This document shows positions 18,772-28,960 of a stretch of DNA of 61,604 bases, one piece after another. The position numbers and the translations under genes are program-made. Source of the stretch: Treponemataceae bacterium (lineage in GTDB: Bacteria; Spirochaetota; Spirochaetia; Treponematales; Treponemataceae). Positions within the stretch are counted from its first letter, which is position 1. Each line of letters begins with the position of its first letter. Where the stretch lies: contig JAIKVO010000055.1 in NCBI GenBank assembly GCA_024685655.1, forward strand, positions 1 to 61,604, given 5' to 3'. The notes beneath the pieces were generated by a model that was not told where the DNA came from, searched no databases, and saw only the letters and a program-made list of their open reading frames with translations.

Positions 18772-19153
18772 GAAGCAAAAATAAGCCGGGTTCTGTCACA
18801 AGATATCTGCGCAATCGGCAAAAAACTTGCTAAAACCATCTATCCTGTATGCAACTTTCGCTGCATATCCAGCGGACTACCCGTAACGGTGCATCATACA
18901 ATGCTTTTCGGCGTTCCGTTACTGCTTGTCCTTGCTCCAGATGAGGTTTGCCTTGCAGCTTTTGTTACCAAAAGCCCGGTGAGCTCTTACCTCACCTTTT
19001 CACCCTTACCGTTTAAGGCGGTCTATTTTCTGTGGCACTGTCTGTCAGGATTTTCACCTGCCCGGTAATTACCCGGCATCTTTTCCGAAGGAGCCCGGAC
19101 TTTCCTCATCCATGCAATGAAAACTCAAAGCATGGATACGGTTTTTTTGCCCC
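18772..19153 (-). ncRNA. rnpB: RNase P RNA, bacterial type A
   Basis: Minus strand carries GAGGAAAGTCCGGGCTCC (P4/CR-I), AGGGTGAAAAGGTGAGGTAAGAGCTCACC (P10-P12) and ACAGAACCCGGCTTA (CR-V). The terminal pairing is GGGGCAAAAA / TTTTTGCTTC. Ends are approximate, within a few nt. Confidence 0.9.
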
Positions 19154-19157
19154 TGAA

Positions 19158-20030
19158 TTAATCAAAATCATCAAGATTCTTGATATCATCGCCATCATCA
19201 CGCTCTGACATTTCAGAATCTTCATCATACTCTCCGTCTTCCTCATCCGCAAAGTCATCGTCAAGATCAGAAAGACTACCTGTATCCTCAAGATGGAAGT
19301 ATTCTGTCTCACCTTCTTCAACATCCTGGTAAAAAAGGATACGGCTACAGTATGGGCAGAAAACAATCTTTTCGCCATTATGAACTTCATTAGCGAACTG
19401 AGCAGGCAGGATCATATGGCAACCGTCGCAAACATTTCCTTTTACTGCTACTATACCCTTGCCCTGTTTACTCTTAATGATTCTTTCGAATTTGAATATG
19501 ATATCAGGATCAATATCCTTGTTAAGCTCTGCTTCTTGCTTTTTAAGGTTTTCAAGCTGGTTCTTGTGTTCTTCAATTTCCTGCTCAAGAGAGGCTCTTC
19601 CAGAATTAAGCTCGGCTTCCTGACTGTCGATAAGCTGCTCATCCTGCTTGAGACCTTCGTCAAGACCCGTCAGATTCTTTTCTTCTTTTTGAAGTTCCTT
19701 ACGAATCTGCTGTTCAAGCTGTGTAGCATCATCTATCTCTTTTTGGAGTGCCTCGTATTCGCGGTGCGTTGTAATAGAATCCATACCTTTTTCGCCACGT
19801 TCTCTTGCAGCTTCTGCTTCTGCAAGGTCTGTGCGAAGTTTTGCAACTGTCGATTTCACATTTTCATAGATGGCATGCTTTTCGATATATTCTCTTTTGA
19901 GTTTAGCAAGAAGCTCTTCCTGAACAGAAAGCTTCTTTGGTGATTCATCTATCTTTTTCTCTAAAGAATACTTTTCAGAAAGAACATCTTGCAATGATTT
20001 CAATCTGTCAAATACTTCTGTCATTTCCAT
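19158..20030 (-). CDS. C4 zinc-ribbon coiled-coil protein (COG1579/DUF164-like) with an acidic C-terminal tail
   Basis: A long coiled coil, then CDGCHMILP...CPYCSRIL. The last ~55 aa are Asp/Glu-rich. Confidence 0.7.
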   Translation of the reverse strand: MEMTEVFDRLKSLQDVLSEKYSLEKKIDESPKKLSVQEELLAKLKREYIEKHAIYENVKSTVAKLRTDLAEAEAARERGEKGMDSITTHREYEALQKEIDDATQLEQQIRKELQKEEKNLTGLDEGLKQDEQLIDSQEAELNSGRASLEQEIEEHKNQLENLKKQEAELNKDIDPDIIFKFERIIKSKQGKGIVAVKGNVCDGCHMILPAQFANEVHNGEKIVFCPYCSRILFYQDVEEGETEYFHLEDTGSLSDLDDDFADEEDGEYDEDSEMSERDDGDDIKNLDDFD

Positions 20031-20118
20031 GTATACATACCTCTTAAATTATAATAATTCAACGACAAGGAAGAGATGCCAAAACCACCCCTTCCTTTTT
20101 TTTATATAACATAATCGA

Positions 20119-21885
20119 CTAAATGTCTATATAATCACGTAATCCGCTCGATCGCCGTGGATGTCGGAGTCTGCGCAGGGCTTTCGCCTCAATCTGACGT
20201 ATTCGTTCCCTTGTTACATTGAAATACAAACCAACTTCTTCCAATGTAAGGGAATACCCATCCTCAAGACCGAAACGCATTTTAAGGACTTCCTGTTCAC
20301 GCGGAGGAAGCGTAGAAAGAACCGTCTTAAGTTGCTCCTGTAAAAGCCTATAAGATGTCTGCACTGCAGGATTCTCCACTTCCTTATCCTCGATGAAGTC
20401 ACCGAGTAAAGAATCTTCTTCCTCGCCGATTGGCGTTTCAAGAGAAATTGGTTCACGCGCTACATTTTTTACTTGCTTTACGCGTGATACTGGCCAACCA
20501 AGCTGCTCTGCGACTTCCTCGTCTGTTGGCTCGCGGCCAAGCCTTTGTACAAGCTGGCGAGACTCGCGGACAACCTTGTTAATCTGTTCAATCATGTGTA
20601 CAGGAACACGGATTGTCCTTGCCTGATCGGAGATACTTCTCGTTATTGCTTGTCTTATCCACCACGTAGCGTATGTAGAAAACTTATATCCTTTACGGTA
20701 CTCAAACTTCTCTACAGCTTTTATAAGACCAATGTTTCCTTCCTGAATTAAGTCAAAAAGTTGAAGACCACGGTTTGTGTATTTCTTTGCAATAGAGACG
20801 ACAAGTCGAAGATTTGCGTTTATGAGTTTATTCTTGGCATCTTCCATCATCCTTCTTCCGCGTTGTATTTCACGCGCCATAGAAAGAATTTCGGTGATAT
20901 CATTCTCGAACTCATATTCCAAACGTCGTAGTTTTCTATCAATTTTTTGAATCTGTGTGTAAATCTCACGAATCTCATCGGCAGGCATACCAAGCTCATT
21001 TTCAAGCTTAGTTCTTTCAGACTTAATCGCCATTCGTTTACCTAAACTTCTGAGCGCACTGAAATCTGAGATTCTAAGCTCCTTAGCCTTTCTGTCCTGC
21101 TTATGACGATATTCACTGATACGTTTTGTCGCATCGATAAAACGGTCGGAAAAACGCTCAATTTCCTCAGACTGAATATCGATCGTCTGAAGCGTAGGAA
21201 GAATTTTTCCGCGTAGTTCAAGAAGAGATTTATCTTCAAAGATGTTCTGTGTCTGATCAGCTTCGTAAAGTTGTTTTTTCAGCTGAATATATTGTTTCAT
21301 ATCGGGCAGTACTTGTTTGAGGACATCGCTGTAACAAGTGCGTAATCTTCTTTTTTCTGCCATCTCTTCGTTTATTTCTTTACGCGGCTTACCAGCCTCA
21401 TGAGGATCGATTCTGGAAAAAGCCTTTTGTGCGACAGCAAAAAACTCAGGAATCATCATACCCGAATTCTTTATAACATTTTTGATGATATTCTCGCCAT
21501 TCTCCATTCTTTTTGAAAGGATTACTTCCTGTTCAGCCGTAAGAAGATGTTCTTTTCCTATCTCGCGGAGATAAAGGCGAATAGGATCATCGCCATTAGA
21601 GTCTTTTTCGTTGTATACGAGCTGCTTCCGTGAACGTTCGTCCTGTTGCTCATTTGTCTCTTCCTGCTGGATAACATTGTCGTCATCCATTTCCTCTAGC
21701 TGCGGATCTTCCTCAATCAACTGGATGTTGTTTTTCTCAAGGAGAATAAGGACCCCATCCATTTTCTCGGAATTGAGGATTTCATCGGGAAGAAGCGAGT
21801 TGAGCTCATCCCAAGACAAGATTTTCTTTTCTTTTGCGTATTCAAGCAGTTTAACTATTACTGGATCCAGTTCTTGATCCGTCAT
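20119..21885 (-). CDS. rpoD: primary RNA polymerase sigma factor RpoD
   Basis: [41 protein letters not shown] (region 2) and [30 protein letters not shown] (region 4.2). Confidence 0.97.
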   Translation of the reverse strand: MTDQELDPVIVKLLEYAKEKKILSWDELNSLLPDEILNSEKMDGVLILLEKNNIQLIEEDPQLEEMDDDNVIQQEETNEQQDERSRKQLVYNEKDSNGDDPIRLYLREIGKEHLLTAEQEVILSKRMENGENIIKNVIKNSGMMIPEFFAVAQKAFSRIDPHEAGKPRKEINEEMAEKRRLRTCYSDVLKQVLPDMKQYIQLKKQLYEADQTQNIFEDKSLLELRGKILPTLQTIDIQSEEIERFSDRFIDATKRISEYRHKQDRKAKELRISDFSALRSLGKRMAIKSERTKLENELGMPADEIREIYTQIQKIDRKLRRLEYEFENDITEILSMAREIQRGRRMMEDAKNKLINANLRLVVSIAKKYTNRGLQLFDLIQEGNIGLIKAVEKFEYRKGYKFSTYATWWIRQAITRSISDQARTIRVPVHMIEQINKVVRESRQLVQRLGREPTDEEVAEQLGWPVSRVKQVKNVAREPISLETPIGEEEDSLLGDFIEDKEVENPAVQTSYRLLQEQLKTVLSTLPPREQEVLKMRFGLEDGYSLTLEEVGLYFNVTRERIRQIEAKALRRLRHPRRSSGLRDYIDI

Positions 21886-23684
21886 TCGTTTGCGTCCTTT
21901 AATTGTTTCAATTCGTTGTCGATATTCATTTTCTCTGAAACGAGCGCATCCAGTAAATTCTTATTTTCCAATGTATCAGAAGATGTAGCAGCCTGTCTTA
22001 TACGGTTTGTAATCCGCTCTCTTTTTCTGCAAAGACTATTGTATTTTATCAGCCGTATGCTGTCTTTTACGAACTGCTCGGTATTAACAGAATATTCGCC
22101 AGATACAACTGCACTTGCAATCAAACTTTTCAAAGTATCATTACTGCAACGTTCCATAATACTTATGGATTCGGATGAATCGTCCCTAAAGCACTCTTCA
22201 AGAGAAATAAACAAATCACGAGCTGTGGCATCATCAAAGTCATCAGCTGTAAGGGAATTCCGCATAAGGTTGAAATAACCGGTGTTTGAAATGACAGCCA
22301 GGACTGCTCTGACTTCTGCGTTGAGTTTTGAACTTTTCTTAGCAACGCCTTGATCTGGTTGTCTATTTGTTGTCTCGATTTTTTTCAGAACCGAACTGCG
22401 GTTTTCAAAATCTGCTTTCACTGCCTCCGGTTTTAACTGATATGTCTGACATAACTGCTCAAGACATGACTCTTTTTGTATATCAGATGGGAGTACGTCT
22501 ATGTATTCAAAAAACTCCAGAGAAGCTTTTGCTTTGCCTTCTGGTGTACCGATATTATATTCTTCCGACAGCACTGATAACAAAAAATCGCTATCTAATA
22601 TAGCGTTTTCTATGTATTTCGTCAAGGTTTCTTTACCAAATTCATTAAGAATTTCTGAAGGGTCCTTACCGCCGGAGAGCTTGACAATCCTGACGCTAAA
22701 ATCAAGCCGGCGGGTCATCAGTATCGCTTTCCTAGTTGCCTTTATACCAGCTGCGTCATTATCGAAAGAAAGATAAACCGTATCCGCGAATGGTTTTAGT
22801 ATTTTTAGCTGTTCTTCCGTAAGTGCAGTTCCTAATGGGGCAACGGCCCATGTAAGGTCTGCCTGATGATATGCGATTACGTCCATGTTACCTTCACATA
22901 TTATAACGGCTTTGTTTTTACGGATTGACTGTTTTGCCAAATGAAAAGCGAAAAGAGTCTCGCCTTTTTTGTATTGAATCAAATCACCGGAGTTAATATA
23001 TTTCGGGCCGTCGCCCTCCAATATGCGCCCGCTGAACGCTACTACCTTGCCGTTCTTGTCGCAAATCGGGAACATAAGTCTGTTTGAAAAAAACGAAATA
23101 TCCCTGTATTTTTTTGAGAACAACCCAGATTCGTCAAGGAACTCATCGCTGTAACTTTTTGATTTAAGGAATTTTCTTAGCCACTTTCTGTCAGCGGGCG
23201 CATAGCCAAGCATGAATTTCTCTGCAATATCGTCCGTAACTCCCCTGTTTTTTAAATAGCTAAGAGCTCTTTCTCCTTCTTTTGTTGAAGTCAAACAATA
23301 ATGGAAACTACCGGCAACACGAGTATACAAATCTTTGAATAATTCTTTTTTGTTAATGTCAGTATCTTGCGGAACGACAGAACCTTCTTCATACTCAACC
23401 TGAACTCCGTACTTTTTAGCTAAAGTAAGGACTGCCTCTGAAAAAGACATTTTCTCCATTTCCATGAGAAAAGAAATTCCAGATCCGCCAGCACCGCAAC
23501 CAAAACAGTGATACATTTTCCTGTCAGGCACTACATGAAAAGAAGGAGTTTTTTCATTATGAAACGGGCAACATCCCCAGTATTCCGAACCTCGTTTTTC
23601 CAGCCGGACATACTCACCGACAAGACTGGCTATATCACATTTTGAGTTGACTTCATCTATTGTAGAACGCAGGAAACGTGCCAT
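21882..23684 (-). CDS. dnaG: DNA primase
   Basis: Zinc finger [13 protein letters not shown]...[16 protein letters not shown] motif ICEGNMDVI. There is a 4-nt overlap with rpoD. Confidence 0.95.
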   Translation of the reverse strand: MARFLRSTIDEVNSKCDIASLVGEYVRLEKRGSEYWGCCPFHNEKTPSFHVVPDRKMYHCFGCGAGGSGISFLMEMEKMSFSEAVLTLAKKYGVQVEYEEGSVVPQDTDINKKELFKDLYTRVAGSFHYCLTSTKEGERALSYLKNRGVTDDIAEKFMLGYAPADRKWLRKFLKSKSYSDEFLDESGLFSKKYRDISFFSNRLMFPICDKNGKVVAFSGRILEGDGPKYINSGDLIQYKKGETLFAFHLAKQSIRKNKAVIICEGNMDVIAYHQADLTWAVAPLGTALTEEQLKILKPFADTVYLSFDNDAAGIKATRKAILMTRRLDFSVRIVKLSGGKDPSEILNEFGKETLTKYIENAILDSDFLLSVLSEEYNIGTPEGKAKASLEFFEYIDVLPSDIQKESCLEQLCQTYQLKPEAVKADFENRSSVLKKIETTNRQPDQGVAKKSSKLNAEVRAVLAVISNTGYFNLMRNSLTADDFDDATARDLFISLEECFRDDSSESISIMERCSNDTLKSLIASAVVSGEYSVNTEQFVKDSIRLIKYNSLCRKRERITNRIRQAATSSDTLENKNLLDALVSEKMNIDNELKQLKDANE

Positions 23685-23688
23685 CTAT

Positions 23689-24726
23689 CTATTTTTTTAC
23701 GGAATATGTTCCTACTGTATTATGTTCTTCCAGATTCTCTGAAAAGGCATGTCTACCGGCTTGTTCATCAATCACCCTGAAATATTTATATTTTGTTTTA
23801 GCAGGGTTGATAGCGGCATTTAGCGCAATAAGTCCAGGATTCGAGATTGCTCCAGGCGGAAGTCCTTCGTATTTATATGTGTTGTAAGGATTATCTATTT
23901 GAGTATCTGCTATTGTCACCACACTTGGATGTGGCTTTCCCAGAATATCTGTAATTATATATACAACTGTCGCACAGGAATAAAGACCCATTGTGTGTCC
24001 GTTCTGTTTAGTATTCAGGCGGTTCGTAAATACGCTGGAGATAAGCGGTGCTTCATCTGCGACTCTGTATTCACGTTCAATGATAGAAGCCAACCTTACA
24101 TAATAAAAGATGTCATTTGCTGATTTTTCCGCATATTCAGGAATCGTAGAAAGCTTCGCAAAGAAATTATCTGCCATCATGCAAATGACATTCTCTGGTG
24201 CTGATTCTGGGTCAAAATAATATGTATCCGGGAAAAGATATCCCTCAAAACTATTTCCAGGTATTTTATATTTATCAAGAAGTTCTTGATTATAACACAT
24301 AGATATAAAATCATCAGACGAATCAATTACATCATTTTCTTCCAACATAACAGCCATTTGTCGTAAAGTATAGCCTTCAGGAATACTCAGTGAAATGAAT
24401 TCCTGCATACCAGATTCGAGGACAGCCATTATTTCAGATATGCTCATTCCACTGTTTATTTTGTAAATACCAGATTTAATGTTTGATTTCTTGAATTTGG
24501 CATAATAATAAAATGCGTCCGAAGAAAGTATGAGTCCGTTGTTTTCAAGCTGTCTTCCTATATAGGCTGCCGTACTTCCGGATGGTATTTTTATGTTCAT
24601 TGAAATAACTTCTGATGCCTCTTTTTGCGCGGGCCCCAGCAATTTATTCACGATGAGCAAACTTGATGCAACTGCGATTATAATCACAGCGATAACAACA
24701 ATAAGGATTTTATGAAAGACTTTCAT
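23689..24726 (-). CDS. mltG: endolytic murein transglycosylase MltG (YceG-like)
   Basis: N-terminal TM helix, ASIIEREYRVADEAPLISSVFTNRL, and a YNTY...GLPPGAISNPG C-terminal region. Confidence 0.9.
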   Translation of the reverse strand: MKVFHKILIVVIAVIIIAVASSLLIVNKLLGPAQKEASEVISMNIKIPSGSTAAYIGRQLENNGLILSSDAFYYYAKFKKSNIKSGIYKINSGMSISEIMAVLESGMQEFISLSIPEGYTLRQMAVMLEENDVIDSSDDFISMCYNQELLDKYKIPGNSFEGYLFPDTYYFDPESAPENVICMMADNFFAKLSTIPEYAEKSANDIFYYVRLASIIEREYRVADEAPLISSVFTNRLNTKQNGHTMGLYSCATVVYIITDILGKPHPSVVTIADTQIDNPYNTYKYEGLPPGAISNPGLIALNAAINPAKTKYKYFRVIDEQAGRHAFSENLEEHNTVGTYSVKK

Positions 24727-24898
24727 TAAAAAAATTCTCCGCTTCGTCTATTGTCATAGCGTCATAAACGCAATTTTGTAAGTTCAGCATAAGATTCTGC
24801 AGGCAGCCCGGCAAATCTGCTTCGTTATTCCGCAGAAGAAGCACCAAGGCTCTTAGTTCATCTTCTGTAAAGTCATAGCTGAATATGCTTTCATTCAT
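24710..24898 (-). CDS. small acidic hypothetical protein (62 aa)
   Basis: The ORF bridges the MBL hydrolase stop (4-nt overlap) and the mltG start (17-nt overlap). I recognised no family. Confidence 0.45.
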   Translation of the reverse strand: MNESIFSYDFTEDELRALVLLLRNNEADLPGCLQNLMLNLQNCVYDAMTIDEAENFFNESLS

Positions 24899-25836
24899 AT
24901 CTCGATAGTTTTTCCTTCAGATGCGATATATACGTTCATTTTTGATGTTTTTCCAATATAGTCAAGATACCATTTTGCAGATGACAATATTGAATCTATC
25001 TTTTTGTCGCTATATGTCGGATCATGATGGAATAAATACAGATTCTTTACATCTCTATTGACAGCAAATTCTACAGTACGGTTAAAAGAAGAATGTCCCC
25101 AGTTTTCTTTTTCAAATGCTTCTTCAACTGTATACTGCGCATCAAGAACAAGAACATCAGCACCGCGGAAGAATGGAATGTTAGGACTGGAGATAGAAAG
25201 GTCTTCTTGTCTTAATTCAGCATCTGTCGCATAAATAAATTTGCAGTTTGGTTCTGTAAATGAATATGCGTATGATGCTCCGGGATGATTCATTTTCTGC
25301 CATGATATTTCAGTTCCATCTATAATAAATGTTTTTGTTTTTGAGATATCATGGAAATACATTTTTTTTGTACAACTATCCAATGTGACTGGGAAAAACG
25401 GAGACTGCATCTGTGCAGCAAGATGCTCTTTTATAGTATCTCCTGGATAATAAAAATGAATTTCTACAGAAGGATTATATATAGGATCAAAAAAAGGAAT
25501 GCCCTGTATATGATCCCAATGGAAATGAGAAAAAAATATATGTATCGTTTTCGTTTGTGATTTCGCAAGTTTTTTTCCAAGAAGGCGAATTCCAGATCCA
25601 GCGTCAAGAATAAACTCTGAACCAGAGGAATTTACAGCTTCAACACATGCTGTATTTCCTCCAACAGTCGAAACCAAGAACTCAGGGAGTCTTTGGACAA
25701 AACGTTCTCTTGTGTCAGCATCTTCAAGGTCGGAGGGTGAAAGTCTTTGAACAATGGCATTAATTTTTGATTTAAGTTGTTCTGAATTCAACGGAGTCGG
25801 CAAAGAACCTCTTACACCCCAAAATTGTATATACAT
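24895..25836 (-). CDS. MBL-fold metallo-hydrolase
   Basis: HFHWDHIQG metal-binding motif. SD is AGGAG. Confidence 0.8.
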   Translation of the reverse strand: MYIQFWGVRGSLPTPLNSEQLKSKINAIVQRLSPSDLEDADTRERFVQRLPEFLVSTVGGNTACVEAVNSSGSEFILDAGSGIRLLGKKLAKSQTKTIHIFFSHFHWDHIQGIPFFDPIYNPSVEIHFYYPGDTIKEHLAAQMQSPFFPVTLDSCTKKMYFHDISKTKTFIIDGTEISWQKMNHPGASYAYSFTEPNCKFIYATDAELRQEDLSISSPNIPFFRGADVLVLDAQYTVEEAFEKENWGHSSFNRTVEFAVNRDVKNLYLFHHDPTYSDKKIDSILSSAKWYLDYIGKTSKMNVYIASEGKTIEI

Positions 25837-25981
25837 TTTTGACTCCTACACACCCTACTTTAGCGACATTTTTAATATCCTGATGAAGTTTTCAACATAA
25901 CACGATATTAAATGACATTTGTGAATTGCAGATTTTTTATTACGACTAAAACTGCATTCTATATATATTATACAACCTTAT

Positions 25982-26449
25982 TTAAAAAAAATCATTCTTT
26001 AAATCTGACTTTCTTACAGGTATGTTTTTTTCATAAAGAAAATTTGATTCTTCTATTTCTTGTTTCGTATGGATTCTGCCTTTTCCTATCCCTGGGCATT
26101 CAGTTGCTTCGCTTTCCCAAGTTTCTTTGTTTTTAATTATGAATGACCAGAATGGGTATGTAGAACATTGAACAGGACGTGCTTTATATACAAGACAACC
26201 ATTGGGTTTCTGCTGAAAAATGCAATCGTAGTTTTCTTTTTCTTTCAAGCACAGGACTTCACTTCCGTCATAAAAAGGAACAAAACGGCAGTATTTTTCA
26301 ATGAATTCATCTTTTGAAAGATTTGTCAAATATAATAATCTTTCAAGATCATTCCATGAAAGATAAACGAAACCAGGTTCGTCACAACAACAGTGCGAGC
26401 ATTGCTGACACTCAAAGCGCAGTCCTTTTTCATAGAATTTTTCTGACAT
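25982..26449 (-). CDS. YkgJ-family (CxxCxxCC) cysteine-cluster protein
   Basis: ECQQCSHCCC near the N-terminus, plus further conserved Cys residues. Confidence 0.7.
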   Translation of the reverse strand: MSEKFYEKGLRFECQQCSHCCCDEPGFVYLSWNDLERLLYLTNLSKDEFIEKYCRFVPFYDGSEVLCLKEKENYDCIFQQKPNGCLVYKARPVQCSTYPFWSFIIKNKETWESEATECPGIGKGRIHTKQEIEESNFLYEKNIPVRKSDLKNDFF

Positions 26450-26458
26450 ATTTTATCC

Positions 26459-26494
26459 AAAAAAAAAGGTGTTGATAAAGAATATCAACACCTT
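26459..26494 (-). terminator. strong intrinsic terminator after the tRNA pair
   Basis: GGTGTTGATA (26468-26477) pairs with TATCAACACC (26483-26492), loop AAGAA. On the minus strand a T9 run follows (26467-26459). Confidence 0.85.
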
Positions 26495-26576
26495 TGGGCA
26501 GAGAAGGATTCGAACCTTCGAAGGCGGAACCAACAGATTTACAGTCTGCCCCCTTTGACCACTCGGGAACCTGCCC
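26495..26576 (-). tRNA. tRNA-Tyr (GUA), long variable arm
   Basis: Minus strand reads GGGCAGGTTCCCGAGTGGTCAAAGGGGGCAGACTGTAAATCTGT...GGTTCGAATCCTTCTCTGCCCA. The anticodon loop is CTGTAAA. No CCA is encoded. Confidence 0.88.
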
Positions 26577-26592
26577 ATGTATTCATTACTAA

Positions 26593-26666
26593 AGCCAACT
26601 TAGGGATTCGAACCCTAGACCCCGAGATTACAAATCACGTGCTCTGGCCAGCTGAGCTAAGTTGGC
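26593..26666 (-). tRNA. tRNA-Thr (UGU)
   Basis: Minus strand reads GCCAACTTAGCTCAGCTGGCCAGAGCACGTGATTTGTAATCTCGGGGTCTAGGGTTCGAATCCCTAAGTTGGCT. The anticodon loop is TTTGTAA. There is one U-U mismatch in the anticodon stem. Confidence 0.85.
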
Positions 26667-26682
26667 GTAACGAACGAATAGA

Positions 26683-26711
26683 AATATATACTCATATTAC
26701 GTTTTAGTCAA
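26683..26711 (-). promoter_or_regulatory. candidate promoter for the tRNA-Thr/tRNA-Tyr unit
   Basis: TTGACT (26711-26706), 17 nt, then TATATT (26688-26683). The tRNA-Thr 5' end lies 16 nt downstream. Confidence 0.5.
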
Positions 26712-26744
26712 TAGCCTTTTATTGATTTTCATGCATTTTTTCAT

Positions 26745-28355
26745 TTATTTTTCTGTCGGCTCAATAAGATTTTCGTAAAGCGGGATATATTCGTTCTGAA
26801 CGACTTGTTTCCATGAATATATAGTATGTACATACTGAGCGGCGGCAGACATCATTTCATCAAAAGCAGAGCTGTTCTCATGTTTTTTTTGCGCAATAGA
26901 CACGATAAGCTCAGAAAGAGTTTCCGAGTCGTTCGGACTAAAAAGGAACCCTGTTTCTCCGTTTTTTATCTTTTTGAGTCCGCCAGTACCATGTGCAATC
27001 GGTATTGTGCCATAAATAGACGCTATGAAATCCTCCAAACCGCACGGCTCAAAAAAACTTGGCAGCACAATAAAATCAGATGCAGCTACGCAAAGCCGCG
27101 CAAGCGTTTTTTCATAACCGCGCAAAAAAAGAACTTTACCAGGAAATTGTTCTGTCAACGCAATCTGTTTGTTCTCTAATTCCTGTGCTCCTTGCCCTGT
27201 GATAATAAACCTTGAGTATGGACATTGCTTTAAAACCTTTGGAATAGCACCTGCCCATATATCTATACCCTTTTGGTGGACTATTCTGCCATGATACGAA
27301 AAATAAACACAATCCGGCTTAGCGTCAATAAAACCGAACTGATCTACACCAGAAGTTATTGAGTGTATACTTTTTTTCATCCTGGAGCCGTGGTCATTTC
27401 TTGAGTAATAATCCATAAAAAGATCACGAGATTTATATTTTCCGGTGAAAATGTGTTTTTCGGGAGAGAATGGGAACGGAAGCATCGATATGGCTGTGTT
27501 TTCTGGATTGTATTTTTCGTAGTCGATTCCGTTTGTTATTCCTGTGATTTTTATTTTTTTATTGTAAAAAAGCTTTGAAAGCCCATCCGTATTTGCATTC
27601 TCCGGGTCCATAAGCTCATCGGCGTACCACGGAGAAACTGTCGTCAAGTATGAATAGAAGCCTGCAAGCAAGTACGGCTCAATAAAATCTCCACGCCTGC
27701 CTTTTTCAAGAACTTTAACAGGAAGATCCGTATAATTCACGGCTTCTTTCAACGAAGGAAATTCGTGATGGTAAGCGGGACCTGCATTGTGAATTGTTAC
27801 TACGAAACGGGTGTTTCCTGCCAGCTCCTCGTATTGCGGAAGTTCTGATGCAAATACTGGAATAAGCGCAGTTGTGGCATCGTGACAGTGAATTATATCA
27901 GGGAATTCCGAAAAATGGACGGCGTAATCAAGCACCGCTTTTTGAAAAAGAGTCTCCAGAAGAGGTGCGTCAATGTGGCCTTGTCCGCGTATATGCGACG
28001 GTGTTATCCGTTCCTCAAGTTCCGTATACGTATAGATATTCATCTTCTCAATAAAATGCGATGAAATGATGAATATCACTTTGATTTTGTCACAATACGC
28101 ACGACCGTAGGAAACTTTATATTCGGATCCGGCTACTGTTATGTATGACGTATAATCAGAAACTATGTCAAAATCTTTAATTGAGGCTAAGTTCGTGCAT
28201 CCGTATAGTGGAATAAAAAGCGTAACTTCATTCTCATCTTCAACAAGTTGTTCTGAAAGCGAACATACAACATTCTTAACACCGCCGGCTTCGGCAATTC
28301 CGGCATACTCTCTGCTTATCTGCCATACATTAAGTTTTCGCAATTTGACTGACAT
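26745..28355 (-). CDS. divergent GT5 glycogen/starch synthase-like glycosyltransferase
   Basis: The C-terminal half has FFEPCGLEDF...GTIPIAHGTGGL...GETGFLF, typical of GlgA. The N-terminal motif is EAGGVKNV rather than KTGGLADV. Confidence 0.7.
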   Translation of the reverse strand: MSVKLRKLNVWQISREYAGIAEAGGVKNVVCSLSEQLVEDENEVTLFIPLYGCTNLASIKDFDIVSDYTSYITVAGSEYKVSYGRAYCDKIKVIFIISSHFIEKMNIYTYTELEERITPSHIRGQGHIDAPLLETLFQKAVLDYAVHFSEFPDIIHCHDATTALIPVFASELPQYEELAGNTRFVVTIHNAGPAYHHEFPSLKEAVNYTDLPVKVLEKGRRGDFIEPYLLAGFYSYLTTVSPWYADELMDPENANTDGLSKLFYNKKIKITGITNGIDYEKYNPENTAISMLPFPFSPEKHIFTGKYKSRDLFMDYYSRNDHGSRMKKSIHSITSGVDQFGFIDAKPDCVYFSYHGRIVHQKGIDIWAGAIPKVLKQCPYSRFIITGQGAQELENKQIALTEQFPGKVLFLRGYEKTLARLCVAASDFIVLPSFFEPCGLEDFIASIYGTIPIAHGTGGLKKIKNGETGFLFSPNDSETLSELIVSIAQKKHENSSAFDEMMSAAAQYVHTIYSWKQVVQNEYIPLYENLIEPTEK

Positions 28356-28527
28356 TCCCTAAATAAAGATTTAGTAATTTATTTTCATTTAATTACGAGC
28401 GATTTATCTATACCAAGGATTGTATATCCCGACATTTTGTGCCAGGTAATGATATTTTCACTCTTTCTAATCATAAGGCTGTTTTATTTATTATGTCAAA
28501 TGAAAATTGCACTGAGTTATTCTTATT

Positions 28528-28869
28528 TTAGATGGGAAACTGTAAGAATTGTATGGATGCTGCCCCCGTAAGAAATATGACAGAAATAGTTGCAGAAAGA
28601 ATATAAAAGAAAATATAAAGAAAAAGCTTTATCTTCCTTGTTTTAATTACTGCATAAAACATAAGGAAGAATGAATATACGATAAAAATTAAACAACCTA
28701 TAGCTGTACATTCAATACTTAAAGAAATAAACCCCAGAGTATTGTCCTGATATCCTTTCAGATTTCCGATAAAAAAGAAAATACCGAGGAATACCATCAT
28801 CAGCGTAAGAAAAAGGATAATGCGGTTCGACATTCCGAACATAAAAACTCCTACTCGGCCAAAAAGCAT
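28528..28869 (-). CDS. small polytopic membrane protein, unknown function
   Basis: 113 aa with about four hydrophobic segments. I recognised no family. Confidence 0.45.
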   Translation of the reverse strand: MLFGRVGVFMFGMSNRIILFLTLMMVFLGIFFFIGNLKGYQDNTLGFISLSIECTAIGCLIFIVYSFFLMFYAVIKTRKIKLFLYIFFYILSATISVIFLTGAASIQFLQFPI

Positions 28870-28960
28870 TTTAGAGCCAAGTGAAAAAAACTATTTAAAA
28901 TACAAGAAAATAAGTAAAATGTTCAGAAACTAACAAAGTTTGCCTGACACATATACTATA

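Noticed and set aside
18750-18839. N-terminal 30 codons of the 346-aa ORF-track entry 17799-18839.
   Set aside because: This stretch overlaps the conserved 3' part of RNase P RNA (ACAGAACCCGGCTTA and the P1 strand). The Met at 18749 has its own SD, so the extension is an ORF-calling artefact.
20067-20103. Hairpin AAGGAAG...CTTCCTT followed by T8 between rpoD and the zinc-ribbon gene, which resembles a terminator.
   Set aside because: The T-run follows the hairpin only on the plus strand, where no gene ends. On the transcribed minus strand it is preceded by A8 and followed by GTCGTTG. The loop is also long (17 nt). It is not a convincing terminator for rpoD.
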